Of a stretch of 64,000 nucleotides of DNA, positions 48,344 to 61,490 are shown one piece after another. How positions within the stretch are numbered: the first letter of the stretch is position 1; the number at the start of each line of letters is the position of its first letter. The position numbers and the translations under genes were made by a program. Location: the NCBI RefSeq assembly GCF_009914755.1, contig NC_060936.1. One strand, given 5' to 3'. This stretch comes from the human T2T-CHM13v2.0 reference genome, Homo sapiens. Below the pieces are notes generated by a model. The model saw only the letters and a list, made by a program, of their open reading frames with translations. It was not told the origin of the DNA and ran no database searches.

Positions 48344-49229
48344 CAGAAGAAAGACTTAATTGAAATCTTTGAAAATCCTAAACCAGCATAACAAGACTGA
48401 ATACTAACATGTTGTATCTTGATAATGCACATATTTTTCACTTTATACTTGCTTTAAGGATCTTGTATAATTCTACTCCAGGTGTGGATGCTGAAACTGA
48501 TGGGCATGCAATGAAAGCTGGTATGCAGAAAAAATTCAGAGGTGGTTTTACTATCTTGGTATTCAGTTACATGGTTTTATTCCCAGTCTTAATCTAAGAT
48601 CAAGGACAAGGTTTTGTAGGCGATTGTGTGAAATAGAAGTATGTAGATGAAAATATTTGAAATTAAAGTATAAGGGAGGACAACAATCTTAAGTGCATTT
48701 TGGAAATATTTCAAAAGCATCTTAAAGCAGTATAGTTAACTTGTGAGACTATTTTAATAAAATTGGTTCATTTTTGACCAAATCTTCGAGTCCAGGAGTT
48801 TAAGTCAATATAATCTTTTCCTTAGCTACCATTAGAGAGAAAGGAGAACCTAATAACTTGGTGGCGACATTACCACAATAGTACTTTGTGTCAGCAGAGT
48901 TAGCTAAAATATAGCTTGCTTCTCCATTGACTTCACCTGAAAATGAGCCTCGGGCCTTTCATATGGGAACTGTAGTGGCTAGAGGAGCAATTTAGTAGCT
49001 AATTGCAAAATTATATTGAGAAATTCTTCATGCATGTTAAATTTTTTTTAAAGATTACTAAAACCTTTAATAAAATTGTAATAGCTTTTACTTTTGAAAG
49101 ATAAAATTTCAACTTAATCTTGTAGCTCAGAAGTTTATTCTATGATAGTGACATTTGATTTTGGCTGGATGTTGATTCTAATACTTTGCCCTTTGTCATA
49201 CAGCTAAAGTACATATTCAGTAATGGATA

Positions 49230-50133
49230 TGAAGTAATATGTAGTTCAATAATAGAATGTGTTTTTTTCACAGTTTTGAAGACATACAATTTGTCTTCCA
49301 GGTGTTGCTACTGAGAAATTCAATACCACTGGGATCCCTCATCTTATGCATAAGAACTATTACCTCTGGATAAATTTAGGAACTTCTGTGTGTCTCTGTC
49401 AGCATAAAATTTCATAACTATTTGCTTTGGTGTGGGTCCGGTTATATTCATTTTTTTTAGAGACTCAGTAATTTCTTCCCACTGTGAACTAGTGCTCTTT
49501 AGCTTTGAGAATTTCTTTTGTATTTTTTCTTTGATAATCTTTTCACCATTTTTTTTTTCTGTTCTTTATTCTGTAAACTATTATTTGGTCATCTCCTGGA
49601 GCTCCTGAGCTGATCCTCTAATTTTTCTCTTCTTTTTCTCCTGTTTTTCAGCTTTTTGTCTTTTTAAAAAATGATTTAATTATCTGTTGCTGCTAAACAG
49701 ATTAAATGACTCTTCATCTTTTAGTTTACTTCCTAGGGACTTCTTCAAGTTTATCTTCTAACCCTTCCACTGAGTTTTCATTTATCCTACCATACTTTTA
49801 ATCCCTAAGAACTTTGTTTTTATATTTTGTTTTTGCTCATGGATGTAGTATCTTATGGAAGATATTAATTATATTTCTGAGATTTTATTCTGCTTTTAGA
49901 ATGGATTCCTTTCCTCCAAGTTTCTCCTTCTGCCTCTTGGTTTGCTTCTGTTTTTTTCTCTTTAATGTTAGAGTCTTTCCTTACATGTCTGCTGCTCTTG
50001 GTAGTCCCAGCACACTTTAGAGCTAAGAGGTTTTGTGTTTGTGTGTAGGTTTTAAATGGTGTGCTTCATGTTTGGTTATAGAAATGGGCCATTTCTTTGG
50101 GAGACTTCCTACCTTTGGAAGTCTCCCAAAGAA

Positions 50134-50189
<56 letters not shown>

Positions 50190-50810
50190 TTCAGTGGTTT
50201 AATTTTCCCAGAGCAATATTCGTTCAGTCCCCTGCCTGAGAGTTAAAATCTTTGCTACCAGTATTCTGGGAATCAAGTTGGAAATGGAGGCTCCCAAATA
50301 TCACCATTCACGATATACTTTCCAACATTTTCCCAGTTTTTTTTTTTTTCTTTTAGTAGCACACCTTATCTCAATTCTCTATAAGCCTGGTGCTACTAAG
50401 TCTGGTTCAGTATGCAAGAGAAGAAAGCCTTCAACCTTCTTCCAAGGTGGGGGAAGAGTATTCACCCAGATGTGGAGTGAACTGGAGAGCTAGGAATCCT
50501 ATTGTTTCTTATTCAGACTTGCCATCAGTTCACCCATTTTCAGCTTCACCTTCATAGTCACTTTCTGGGATACCTGAGGTTTCCAATTCCTCAGGCCCTC
50601 TTGGAGTTTGCAGTCCAAATCAGCTTAGTTCTGCTCTTCCTTCATGGCCAGTTTGTTTTCACCTTTCTCTGGTTTGCTAGGGAGTTTTACTTGTCCATCT
50701 GCTTTCTTGTTTCTAAATTTGAATTTCTTTATCTCTTCTGCTATTCTCTTTTTACCTGTGGGTTTATATCTTAAAATCCTTTAGTGCCATTTTGGTGAGG
50801 TTTCAGGAGG
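49230..50810 (-). mobile_element. Ancient L1M 5'/ORF1-region remnants
   Basis: tgttgctactgagaaattc, ttatcttctaacccttccactgagtttt, tcatggatgtagtatctt. Confidence 0.6.
50136..50187. repeat. (AC)n microsatellite
   Basis: About 25-26 uninterrupted AC units. Confidence 0.97.
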
Positions 50811-51147
50811 AATGAGTCAAGATTAAGTTCTATCTTTTATGTTTTACTATAAGTCAACTAGTTTAAATTTTATTCTTATGTAGGCATACTTTTTGTTTCT
50901 CTCTCTCTGGATGATTTCAGAGCCACTTTAACCTTAAACATATGTCTTTTTCAGCACAGAAAATATTTCTACCAATGTATCATTGAGTATAGTGTATGTT
51001 GTGTTTTCTTCAAGCCTCTTTCTTTAAGAGCTAGCTCTGGGAATACCTTCCCTGTGAACCAAATCTAACCTCCCCTGGCAGAGCCAAACTCTCCATTCTG
51101 TATCTCCATAGCACTTTGTATGTGTGCTACCAAAGTGAGTACTCTCC

Positions 51148-51542
51148 AGTTTTACCTTGGTATCTGTGGGGGATTGGTTCCAGGAAACCTCTCAAATACC
51201 CAAATCCATAGATACCCAAGTACCTTGCATAAAATGGTGCAGTGTTTGCATATAACCTATGTACATCCTCCTGTACACTTTAAATCATCTCTAGATTACT
51301 TGTAATAGCTAATCCTATGCAAATGCTATATGAATCGTTGTTATACAGTATTACTTAGAGAATAATGACAGGAAAGAAGTCCATATATATTCAATACAGA
51401 TGTAACCATCCACTTAAAAATATATTTGTATTTATATTTTTTCTGACCAACGGATTCTTGCCACATCAACTATCCACTTTTCCCCCAGCTGTGGTTGGTT
51501 GAATCCATGGATGCGGAACCCACAAATATGGAAGGCTGACTA
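51148..51542. mobile_element. MER2/MER2B MITE
   Basis: ggggattggttccagga...tttgcatataacctatg...tttaaatcatctctagattact...ggttggttgaatccatggatgcggaaccc. Confidence 0.85.
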
Positions 51543-53692
51543 TAGCTAGTTACAATTAATTTGATTTATTAAAGACTCACCACTTTCAATGATGGATCAA
51601 TAATTATAGATAGGAGATACTGGAAAGCAGCATGGATCTGGGTCCCCCATGTGAGAGGTGGGAGATGTGGTGGCTAAGTGACTATGGAGTACAGAGTTCC
51701 TCAATAGTTGGTTACCCACGTTACACTGAGCATCTATAGCAAGAAGACTATAAGCACATGCAATTTTAGCAACAGATTAGCTACTACTATAATTTTGAAA
51801 TAGAGATAAATGTAAATGTTATTTTTTAGATATACATTGCAACTATAGGGTGGTATGAAAATATTTGTGATTTCTGTTGGTGACTAAGTCATAGATGCTG
51901 CTAATATTATGGTGGTTTATTAACTTTATTTAGAATTAAGAAAAATGTCAAGTTAGAGTTTGGTAAAAAATGTATCTTTTCCTCCCTCCCATGACCATGA
52001 ATCTCTCAAATTTTACTCTGGGACCCCAGGTTAAGCACATTAGCCTTAGATTCTTTATTTTAGTTTCACTTATGATCTTCTGCCATATTAGTCATGGAGT
52101 CTTAGACAGTAATATTGGAGACAATCTCAATTCCAACATTACCATAGTACTTTAGTTTAATTGTTATTGAATCTAGAAAAAGGTGTTTTTGATAAAGATG
52201 TTAAATTCTAGATGGTGAAATCTGAGAAGAGTGGACTATGCCAGAAGCCATGGAGTCTGGTTGTTTTCACGTCCTAAAAGGTGACTAGCTCCATGAACAA
52301 ACTCCCCCTGTTTTTCCTCAGGACTTGAGAAAGATTGAGCCATCTTTCTTTCTACGTTGAACCTTTCCCTGGGTCATCCACAGGGAAGTATATGAATCAG
52401 AGACACATGCTGTGATGTCTGGCCCTCAGAGGTATGGTTAGCCCAGCAGAACTATCCTGCAAGGCATACTCTGAATATATGGTTTTAATCAAAGCAACTT
52501 GCCTAGATTTATTTATTTATTTGTCTCTGTTAATGGAGATAGTGTGTGGGGGAAAAATCTATATCTGCTGTAGGCTTAGATCCAGTCAGAAAGCTATAGT
52601 GAGTGCTAATCTTATAATCTGTGTTTTCCATACATATAAATTTAAAGTATGGATATTTGAGCTATATACAGTAGCAACCAACTTAATGGTAAGTAGCTTT
52701 ATGATGTTATATCTAATGTTTCTTCCAAATATTATGGCTTCAAGGCCATTCTTATAATTTAAGACTGTAAAATTGAACCCATTTTTCAAAAGTTGAACGC
52801 ATGGTACCTTATTATGCATACTGTTGTCTGAGGTTTGGAAAGATAATGAAGACTCTCATTTCGTGTGGGATTCTCAACTGAGAACAAGGAATAGAACTTA
52901 ACATTTGAGTTTGAAAGTCCTTGGGTTCTGCTTTTGTTATGCAATAAGTCCCAATGATAAGCACAAAATAGGCACTAGAAAAAGCCTACTTTTAATAGGC
53001 ATCCATTTTAAATGGGGATAAAAATTTTACGGTATATAGTTAATAAAAGGTTTCATTACGGCATTAGCAAATAAAGCAAAAATCATTAAAACAAGTTTAT
53101 TTTATTTCTCTTTATAAAATTTAGCTTGTAACTATGCATTGATTTAAAACAAGGAATAAATCAGATGTTGACTTTGGCATACATTTTCTGACAAATGGTA
53201 TGACAGTAGAATATGACATTCTTCTCTTTATGTTTTTGATTTTTCTTGATGTGATCATGTAGAGTCAGTTTTTGAAAAAAATTTCATTGGCTTCATAGAT
53301 TTTCCTGAGGGCCTCATTTCATATTTTTATATTCAAATTATCCTTTTTGAGGTGTCTATCTTGTCTTTTTCATATTGCAAGACTTAAATTTCACTCTTCA
53401 GTCTGTGTGCTTTGTGTTGTTAAATGTTATAAAGATTGACTTTCCGTGAGGGTAGATGTCAGTGTATTACATGAGGGATATTGAGAGGAAAATAATTTCA
53501 CAGGTATTTAGTTCATCAGTGAACATTTTCAGGTTGTAACAATTGCTTCCATATACATTCTCCTAACTGGGAGGGTTGGGGAGGAATTCATCTCCCAATA
53601 ATTATTCATGAAATTATTATTATCTCCTCTTTATTTATGAAAACATGAGAAGAAATATGAAGTTGTAGTAGCATTAAAACATAGGCATATTG

Positions 53693-54012
<320 letters not shown>

Positions 54013-54429
54013 AAAAAAAGGCATGTTTGACAAAATTCTAGAGGAGTTTCTAATAGTGAAATATGGAAAGGGCCCTGAGGAGGAATGTGGGGTTGAGCTG
54101 GTAAGTGGTATGACATTTCTACCCATTCTTACTATGCCATCTACCTTGGACACAGGAAGCTTTCACTGAGTAGGAGTAAGAGACAAGAGTCTCTTCTGCG
54201 TTCTGCAGTCTGTCTTCTACATCTGTTCTCTGAAACCACCCAGAGCATTAGCCTTTATCTTCAACTCTAACACCTCTCTCTCAAATAGTTCTTTGTAAGC
54301 CCATATGGGGATGAAAATTTGCTATAATACACTACAGCAGGGGCAATGAACAACCAGTGATGTTTTAGAATAGAGATGTAAAAACTTAACATAATGATTA
54401 TACAAAATGGTGCTGCTATTATGACTAAA

Positions 54430-54660
54430 AACAATAGTGGCTAACATTTATGGAGCCCATACTACCTAGTAGGCACTCACTTATGAACTCATCAAGTCTT
54501 TATGACAATGCTATGAGAAAGGTACTGTTATTATTTCCATCTTATTAATGAGGAAACTGATACATAGAAACATTCAGCAACTTGCCCGAGATCACATAGC
54601 CAATAAATGGAAGGTCAGAATTTGGGAACCTAAGTATCTAACTCTAAGATCCTACCACTT
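54430..54660 (-). mobile_element. MIR
   Basis: gctaacatttatggagc...atgaggaaactga...aacttgcccgagatcacatagc. Confidence 0.8.
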
Positions 54661-55149
54661 TAAATGTCTTCTATTGTATTTGAGGCAGATCAATATTTAA
54701 TACTGAACACTAACTTATGTTCTTATTTGTTTAGAATCTCTGCTTTCAAGAGGAGAGTTGGCCCTGAGATCCATTTCAAAGGTAAATGATATAATGTGGT
54801 AGAAAAAAGCAGGTGTTCAAAAAGTCTAAGCTTTAGCTGAAGTTAGAAGATTGAGAATATAGATAAAATGTTTCTGAGAAACATTGAGAAATAATATGGC
54901 TTTTACTTACTTTACCAGAAAAGAAAAAGATTCCCTGGGGCTGAGAGGAATGAGGTTATATAGAGGAGAATTAATGAAAATGGGGAGTCTAGGAGGTCCC
55001 AGAGAGAGGGTCCTTGTCTCTTGCCTCCAGGCTGACAGACAAGGCATGGTGCCAGACTTTAGAGAAGCTTGGGTATGGGTGGGTGATATGACTTGGGCAT
55101 CCTGCCCCTGGATGATAATGCCGTGTCAGCCTCAAAGAAAGTCATATTC

Positions 55150-55150
<1 letters not shown>

Positions 55151-55180
<30 letters not shown>

Positions 55181-55422
55181 GAGATGGAGTCTCGTTCTGA
55201 CACCCAGGCAGGATTTCAGTGGTGCGATCTCAACTCACTGCAACTTCCGCCTCCCAGGTTCAAGCAATTCTGCCTCAGCCTCCTGAATAGCTGGGACTAC
55301 AGGCACGTGCCACCACACCCAGCTAATTTTGTATTTTTAGAGGAGATGGGGTTTCACAATGTTGGCCAGGCTTGTCTCGGACTCCTGACCCACAAGTGAT
55401 CTGCCAGCCTCGACCTCCCAAA
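55151..55422 (-). mobile_element. AluS, 5'-truncated, (ATT)n tail
   Basis: Antisense Alu ending at ctcccaaa; TSD aga(a/g)agtcatattct on both sides. Confidence 0.92.
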
Positions 55423-55995
55423 AGAGAGTCATATTCTTTAGTGTGACATGAAAACAGGAGCAAAAAGAATCCTGTTCCACTCTTAGTGTGGTGCTGAAGA
55501 AGCAGAGGAAATGGAGATCCTGAAATGCCCATTCGGACAGGAATAAGAACAACTTCTTGCTAAGCTGTGTGGGCTGATGATGGAAGACCAATTGGGATTG
55601 TAGATTTCTCAGTGTATGTCTGTGTAGAGAAGTGATTCCAACACTACATCTGCTCTATTCCCTCCTCCCTGCCAATATCTCAATACTTTGTCAGCTCCCT
55701 GGAACTTAGACACAACTGCACACAAGAGAAAGGTAGCTGAGATTCAGATTTATAAAATTCTATTGCTCTCTTGACATAGTTTACTTACCCAGATGTGCAC
55801 TCTGAGATCTATGGCTACTATGTTTAGTCTCAAGTTTTTCAGGCTGTTCTTTAATCTTCCTAGAAAATTATGTTGTACACAAATTGTGAAGTTGATCAAG
55901 CATCTGCATGTATTTACAAATTCTCCCCCACCCAATTTTAGTTAATTTTCAAAGTAGGTAATATATGCACTTGGTACAAAAAAAATTCAAAAGGC

Positions 55996-56291
55996 GGTCG
56001 GGCGCGGCAGCTCACGCCTGTAATCCCAGCACTTTGGGAGGCCGAGGCGGGCGGATCACGAGGTCAGGAGATCGAGCCCATCCTGGCTAACACGGGGAAA
56101 CCCCATCTCTACTAAAAACACAAAAAATTAGCCGGGCGTGGTGGTGAGCGCTGGTAGTCCCAGCTACTCGGGAGGCTGAGGCAGGAGAATGGTGTGAATC
56201 CAGGAGGCGGAGCTTGCCGTGAGCCAAGAACGAGCCACTGTACTCCACCCTGGGTGACAGAGCGAGACTCCGTCTCAAAAAAAAAAAAAAA
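55996..56291 (+). mobile_element. AluY
   Basis: Full dimer; perfect TSD aaaaaaaattcaaaaggc 55978-55995 / 56292-56309. Confidence 0.96.
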
Positions 56292-56339
56292 AAAAAAAAT
56301 TCAAAAGGCGTCAACAAATAGACAATGAAAATAAATGTT

Positions 56340-57235
56340 GCCCCTCAGTCCTAACACAGCTATCAGTTATTTGTGTTTCCTGAGATATTATGTATACATA
56401 TTATCATATATATATACAGTCTAAAAACAGACCTGCAATGATAGCATATTTTACACTCTGCTCTGTATCTTGCCTTTTCCTTGTAACAAGATGTCTTGGA
56501 TACTATTCTATAGTTGTATTTAGCATTCCATTCTAGGGATGCACCATGATTTATTTAAGCAATCTCTATTGATGGGAATTTAGATTATTTCCAGTTTTTT
56601 TGCTATTACAAGTTGTGCTATAGTGAATTGTTTTTAGCTCCCTCTTTGTGCATTTGTTTGAATATATGTGAATGATAACTTTAAAAGTAGAATACAGGGA
56701 TGATACTTACATGTATTGAAAATATTAACAGGTATTGCCCAGTGACTCTCCATAGGGACTGTACCAAGTGAAATTCTCACCTGAAAGTATGAGTGCCCAT
56801 TTCCTCATATTATTAAACTCTTAAAATTTGTTCTCATCTGATAAATGAAAATCAGCATCTTCTTGTTTTTCCTTTCGTTTTAAAAAATGAATTTGTATTT
56901 TTGTCTGTACTCCTTTTTTTTCTTATCTGTCTATGACCTTTGCCCATTTTTCTATATTGATTTTCCTGAGCTTACACATTTTATGAAATTAGCCTTTTAT
57001 AATTTGTATTGCAGATGCTTTCTTCCAATTTATTGGCTGTGCTTTGACTTTGCTTGCTTGTTTCTTTAGGTACTTAGACTTTTTATTTATATATAGTTGA
57101 ATTCATCCATCTTTTAAAAAATGGTTTTAGTCAAACCATTCTCACTCAAGAGATTATTGTCTTATACCTCATGCTTTCTTTAGTATCTTTTCCTAATTTT
57201 ATTTTTATGTTGAAATCTTTCTCAATGGAGAATTT
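56340..57235 (-). mobile_element. L1ME-type 3' remnant
   Basis: gcattccattctagggatgcaccatgatttattt...ctattgatggg...tttttgctattaca. Confidence 0.7.
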
Positions 57236-58134
57236 GTTTAAAGGGAAAAGCAGACTATTAATTGCTACATCCATGATGTTCCATTTATAACTTTTACTTT
57301 AATTTTTTGATGAATCATGGGCAATGGAATAAGATTCCATTTTTTACCTTCAAAATAATATGTTTGAATCACTTATTTAATTTACTTGCAAAAATAAGTT
57401 CTGCAAGAAAAGAGTCTTCATTAGATTTTTTTCCCACTCCAAGAAAAGCCATATAGTCTGGTTGAGTTAATTGTAACAAGATTAGGGTGGGAAGAAGGTC
57501 AGAGAGTGTGTTTAGCTATTGTAAACTTTGTGAGCAAATGCAAACTATGGCGAATACAGTTTACAGTTTTATGGAAACAAAGACAATTCTCTAGGGCCAA
57601 TGTTCTAAAAAATGTAGTTTCCTATAACAAAAATTTATATTCTCAACATTACAAGTCAACAATTCTTGAAATTATTAAAACAAACCTTTGAATATTATAA
57701 GAAAACTGTCTTATTCTGTAAACTTAGGCAGAAATTCAATGTTAAGATAACATGATACAGAATAAGTATAGATTTAATTTAAATTTTATGGTAACTGGTA
57801 TATAAATATTCTCTGAACTTCTTCAATATTTAGCTAAAACAAAGGGCAATATCTAGTCCAATGCTTTGTGTTTTAAAAGCACTTGTGTCAACAACTCAAA
57901 GTTTCTCATTAAATAACATTGAAACATATTGCTATCATTATAACTATTATTTTAACCAAAGCTTAGTCAAAGACCTTGGCCACAGAATGATACACTTTAA
58001 CAGATAATGAACCTAAGCTATATGACATTGCAAAACATGGCACTTTGAATTTAAATTTAACAAATTTGATGAAAACTCTCATTATTGATAGAGTACTTTC
58101 TGTTGCCACACTTACTAATTTTGATTACTGCCAA

Positions 58135-60393
58135 ACTTTTTAAAAATTAATTTTAATTACGCAACAAAACATGGATACGTTCACATTTGAAAAAGACAAG
58201 AGAAGATAAACCTAAAGATCCCTTTGTTTCTACTCTCTTGCCTGATTTTCTCTTCACCAAAACCTCAACCTCAGACTGAAGTTTGGGGCTTATACTTCCA
58301 GAGATTGTTTCACTTCTTCACTCAACACTATATTTTTCATATCTATTTGTATTGAGACATTTAGATCTTGTTCATTTGTTTTAACTGTTGCACAGAATTT
58401 TATTAAATACATATACACATAATCACATTCCTCTGTTGATGGACATGTAGTTTGCTTTTGGTTTTTCATTATTATAAATAACAATGCTTATAACTGTCTA
58501 CCAGTGCAGACTTTTTCCTAAAGAAAGAGTCCTGGAATTGAAATTATTGGTTTATAGGATATGAGCATTTTGAGTTTTAATAGATACTGTCAAACTATTC
58601 TTCAAAATGGCTGTACTTATTTATTCTTCCATCAGCAGTATATAATAATGGTGATTTCTCTACATCTTTTCAACACTTAATTTTGTCAAACTTCTAAAAT
58701 TAGTGCTAATTTGGTGAATGTGAACAAGTATCTCATTATTTAATTTGCATTTTCTTGATTACTACTGAGTTGATTATCTCTTCATATGTATACTGGCCAC
58801 TCAAGTTTCTTTCCCTGTGAATTATCCTTTGCCCAGTTTTCTTTTGGGCTGCTTTTCAATTTCTTGTAGGCCTGTACGAGTTCTTTATTTTGTCCCAAAT
58901 ATTAATCCTTTTTATATTATTTGTGTTACAGTTATTTTATCCAAGCCTAGTGATTATTTTTAAACTCTATTTCTTGTGTCTTAAGTAGAGCAGGATATTG
59001 CATAGTGGTTAAGAGTATGGGCTTTAAAAGCAAATGACTTGGGTTTGAATCCCCACTCTGAAACTATTTGTGTGATCTTTGGTAAGTTACCTAACCTCTC
59101 TTATTCTCAAGTTTCTCACCTGTAAACTTAAGATTATAATAGAAATCACCTCACAGGGTTGATGTGAATGTTAAATGGCTTAAATAATGAATAGTCTCTG
59201 GCATATAATAAGTACTCAATAATTATTATTACTATATAGTCAAATTTAACAATAATTTGTTTATAATAATTGTTAAATAATTGTTAGATAAAAAGCCTTG
59301 TTTGAGAATGCTTTTCCTAATGTGAAGTTTAAAAATGTTTTATATTTTGTATTAGTAATTTTATTGATTTTATGTTTATTTTAAAAATTTGTCTAGATAT
59401 TTTCCATGTGGCATAGGTAGGAATGTTAATTTTAATTTTTTTCATCTGTATATGAAGCTAATTATACCAGTTCCATTTACGTAAAGGCCTATTATTTCCT
59501 GATTGATTTAAAGTGTAACTTCTATAATATATTAAATTCCCATAAGATCACTTTCATATTATCTTCTTTTTTAGTGATTTGTCTATTATTGTGTCATTGT
59601 TACATTTTTAAAATTTAATTATTGAAGATTTATAATATTCCCTGAATTTTTTTTGCATGCTTCTAAATTTCAGTTGTGCTTTTAATATTTGATGGTCACT
59701 TAAGTTGGATACAAAATCATTGACTCATTTTTTTCTTGGCCTTGAGTAAGAAATATATCTCTCCATTGTCTTCCATATCTAAAAGAGTTATGCCTAAATG
59801 ATAACTTTCCTTCTTGTATGTAATTTACTTTTTTGGCTTAAATAACAAGAAAATATTTTTTAAGGTACAATAGTTTTATTACATTTTGGTGGTAATCATT
59901 CTGGGAAAATTTTCCTATGTACATGGTATTCCCTTTAATATGTAAAGTATTTTGTTATTTTAACAAAGTTTTCTTTAATGACATATTTAAAATTTTGTTT
60001 TCTGGCACTGATTTGCTTTTTTCCTTTGAGAATCTTATACATACATGCTGTGTATATATATCCTTTTGTTTTTTCATTTCTACTTGATTTTTTCTAAAAT
60101 TTCTGCTTTCCATTCTCTATTGTCTAAGTGTCATCTGTATACTGCTGTGTTTCTTCTAGTATAGTCCTCTCTTCTGCAATTTACGAAGTGTGTTTTGATG
60201 ACAAACTCCAAATTTATAGTTGTATGTTAAATCTTTATTATACTCTCATTTTTAATATTTATATTTTTAGGTATAGAATTCTATTTTAGCAGTTAGTACC
60301 ATTGACACAAAGATATTCCTTTGTCTTCTAGTTTTCATTGTTGTTATTGAGAAGTCAGCTGTCTTTTCTAACTGTTGTTTCTCTCAAGGTAAT
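58135..60393 (-). mobile_element. L1M remnants (with MIR at ~58985-59230)
   Basis: ctctgttgatggacatgtag, ttttaatagatactgtcaaact, gtatctcattatttaatttgcattt. Confidence 0.65.
58985..59230 (+). mobile_element. MIR
   Basis: gcatagtggttaagagtatgggcttt...gggtttgaatccc...ggtaagttacctaacctctc...agtactcaataa. Confidence 0.85.
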
Positions 60394-61485
60394 TATTTTA
60401 AAATATAGGTTTTATTATAATTCAGGTATATTGAGGCCATCAGATCAGGAGACTACTGCCATTAAAAAGATAGTTTGTTCTTCACAGCTCTCAACAGGAG
60501 GGGACGTGCATGCTATGTAATATCACATGGAGAAACACCAGGTTGGTCAGGAAGCAGAAAGAATGGAAACAAAACATGGTCAAAAGGCATTATTGTGGCT
60601 TCTGTATAAAGGAATGTGTATTAGTCAAGGTTCTTCAGAGAAACAGAATGAATAATGTGATAGGTAGAGAGATTGATAGCTAGATAGATTTATCATAAGA
60701 AATTGGCTCTGGTAATTATAGAGACTGAGAAGTTTCAAGATCTGAAGTCAAGAAGCTGGAGATCCAGGAGAGCTGATTTCAGTCCAGTAGTTCCAGTCCA
60801 AGTCTGAAAGCCTATGAGAAGATCTGATGGTGTAAGTTCCAGTTCAAAAGTTGTCAGACTGGGAAGCCAAGAAGAGCCAATTTTTCATTTCAAGGGTAAG
60901 AGAAAGAAAAGACCAATGTCCCAGTTCAAGAATTCAGGCAGGAGGAGTTTCCTCTTACTCAGCCTTTTCATTCTAATCAGGTCTTCCACTATTTGGATGA
61001 GGCCCACCCACATTAGAGAAGGCAGTCTGCTTTACTCAGCCTACCTATTTAAATGTTAATCTCATCCAGAAACACTTTCCTATACACATCCAGAGTAATG
61101 TCTGGCCAAATGTCTGGGCACCCTGTAGCCCAGTCAAGTTGACATGTAAAATGAACTATAAAAGAATAGGTGAGGCAGGGCGAATGGTTTCAGGATTGGC
61201 TAGTTTGAATAATTTCAGCAGGCTCTGGGCTGTAGGAGATGTCTTGAGTTGTCTGATATTTGATCCTGGGTTGATTGAGGCAGTTGAATATTGGCCTAAA
61301 GAGTAAGAGCCACATAGAGGAGATAGGGGATTGTGCCCTGGATTGGTTAGATTGCATGTGAAAGTTGTGAGTTGTTTGCTATCTTTAGGAATTATGTAAC
61401 CCTGGCAGGGGCAGTCCTTTCCTGGTCAGTGAGGCCTCAGATGCCAGAACATCAAGAATAAAGAAAATAAAGTATAATTAATACA
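60394..61485 (-). mobile_element. ERVL-type LTR (MER74/MER76-like), split by MLT2
   Basis: Ends ...ggggcagtcc...gaggcctcagatgccagaacatcaagaata...aattaataca; TSD gtaat 60389-60393 / 61486-61490. Confidence 0.7.
60617..61163 (-). mobile_element. MLT2B-like ERVL LTR
   Basis: tgtattagtcaaggttcttcagagaaacagaa...gcccagtcaagttgaca; TSD gaat(g/a) 60612-60616 / 61164-61168. Confidence 0.88.
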
Positions 61486-61490
61486 GTAAT

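Noticed and set aside
48459-48520. Possible small plus-strand exon (taag|gatc...gctg|gtatgc)
   Set aside because: Competing mediocre splice sites, no recognisable peptide; indistinguishable from background
59243-59277. AT-rich inverted repeat atttaacaat...attgttaaat
   Set aside because: 10-bp arms in very AT-rich sequence are expected by chance
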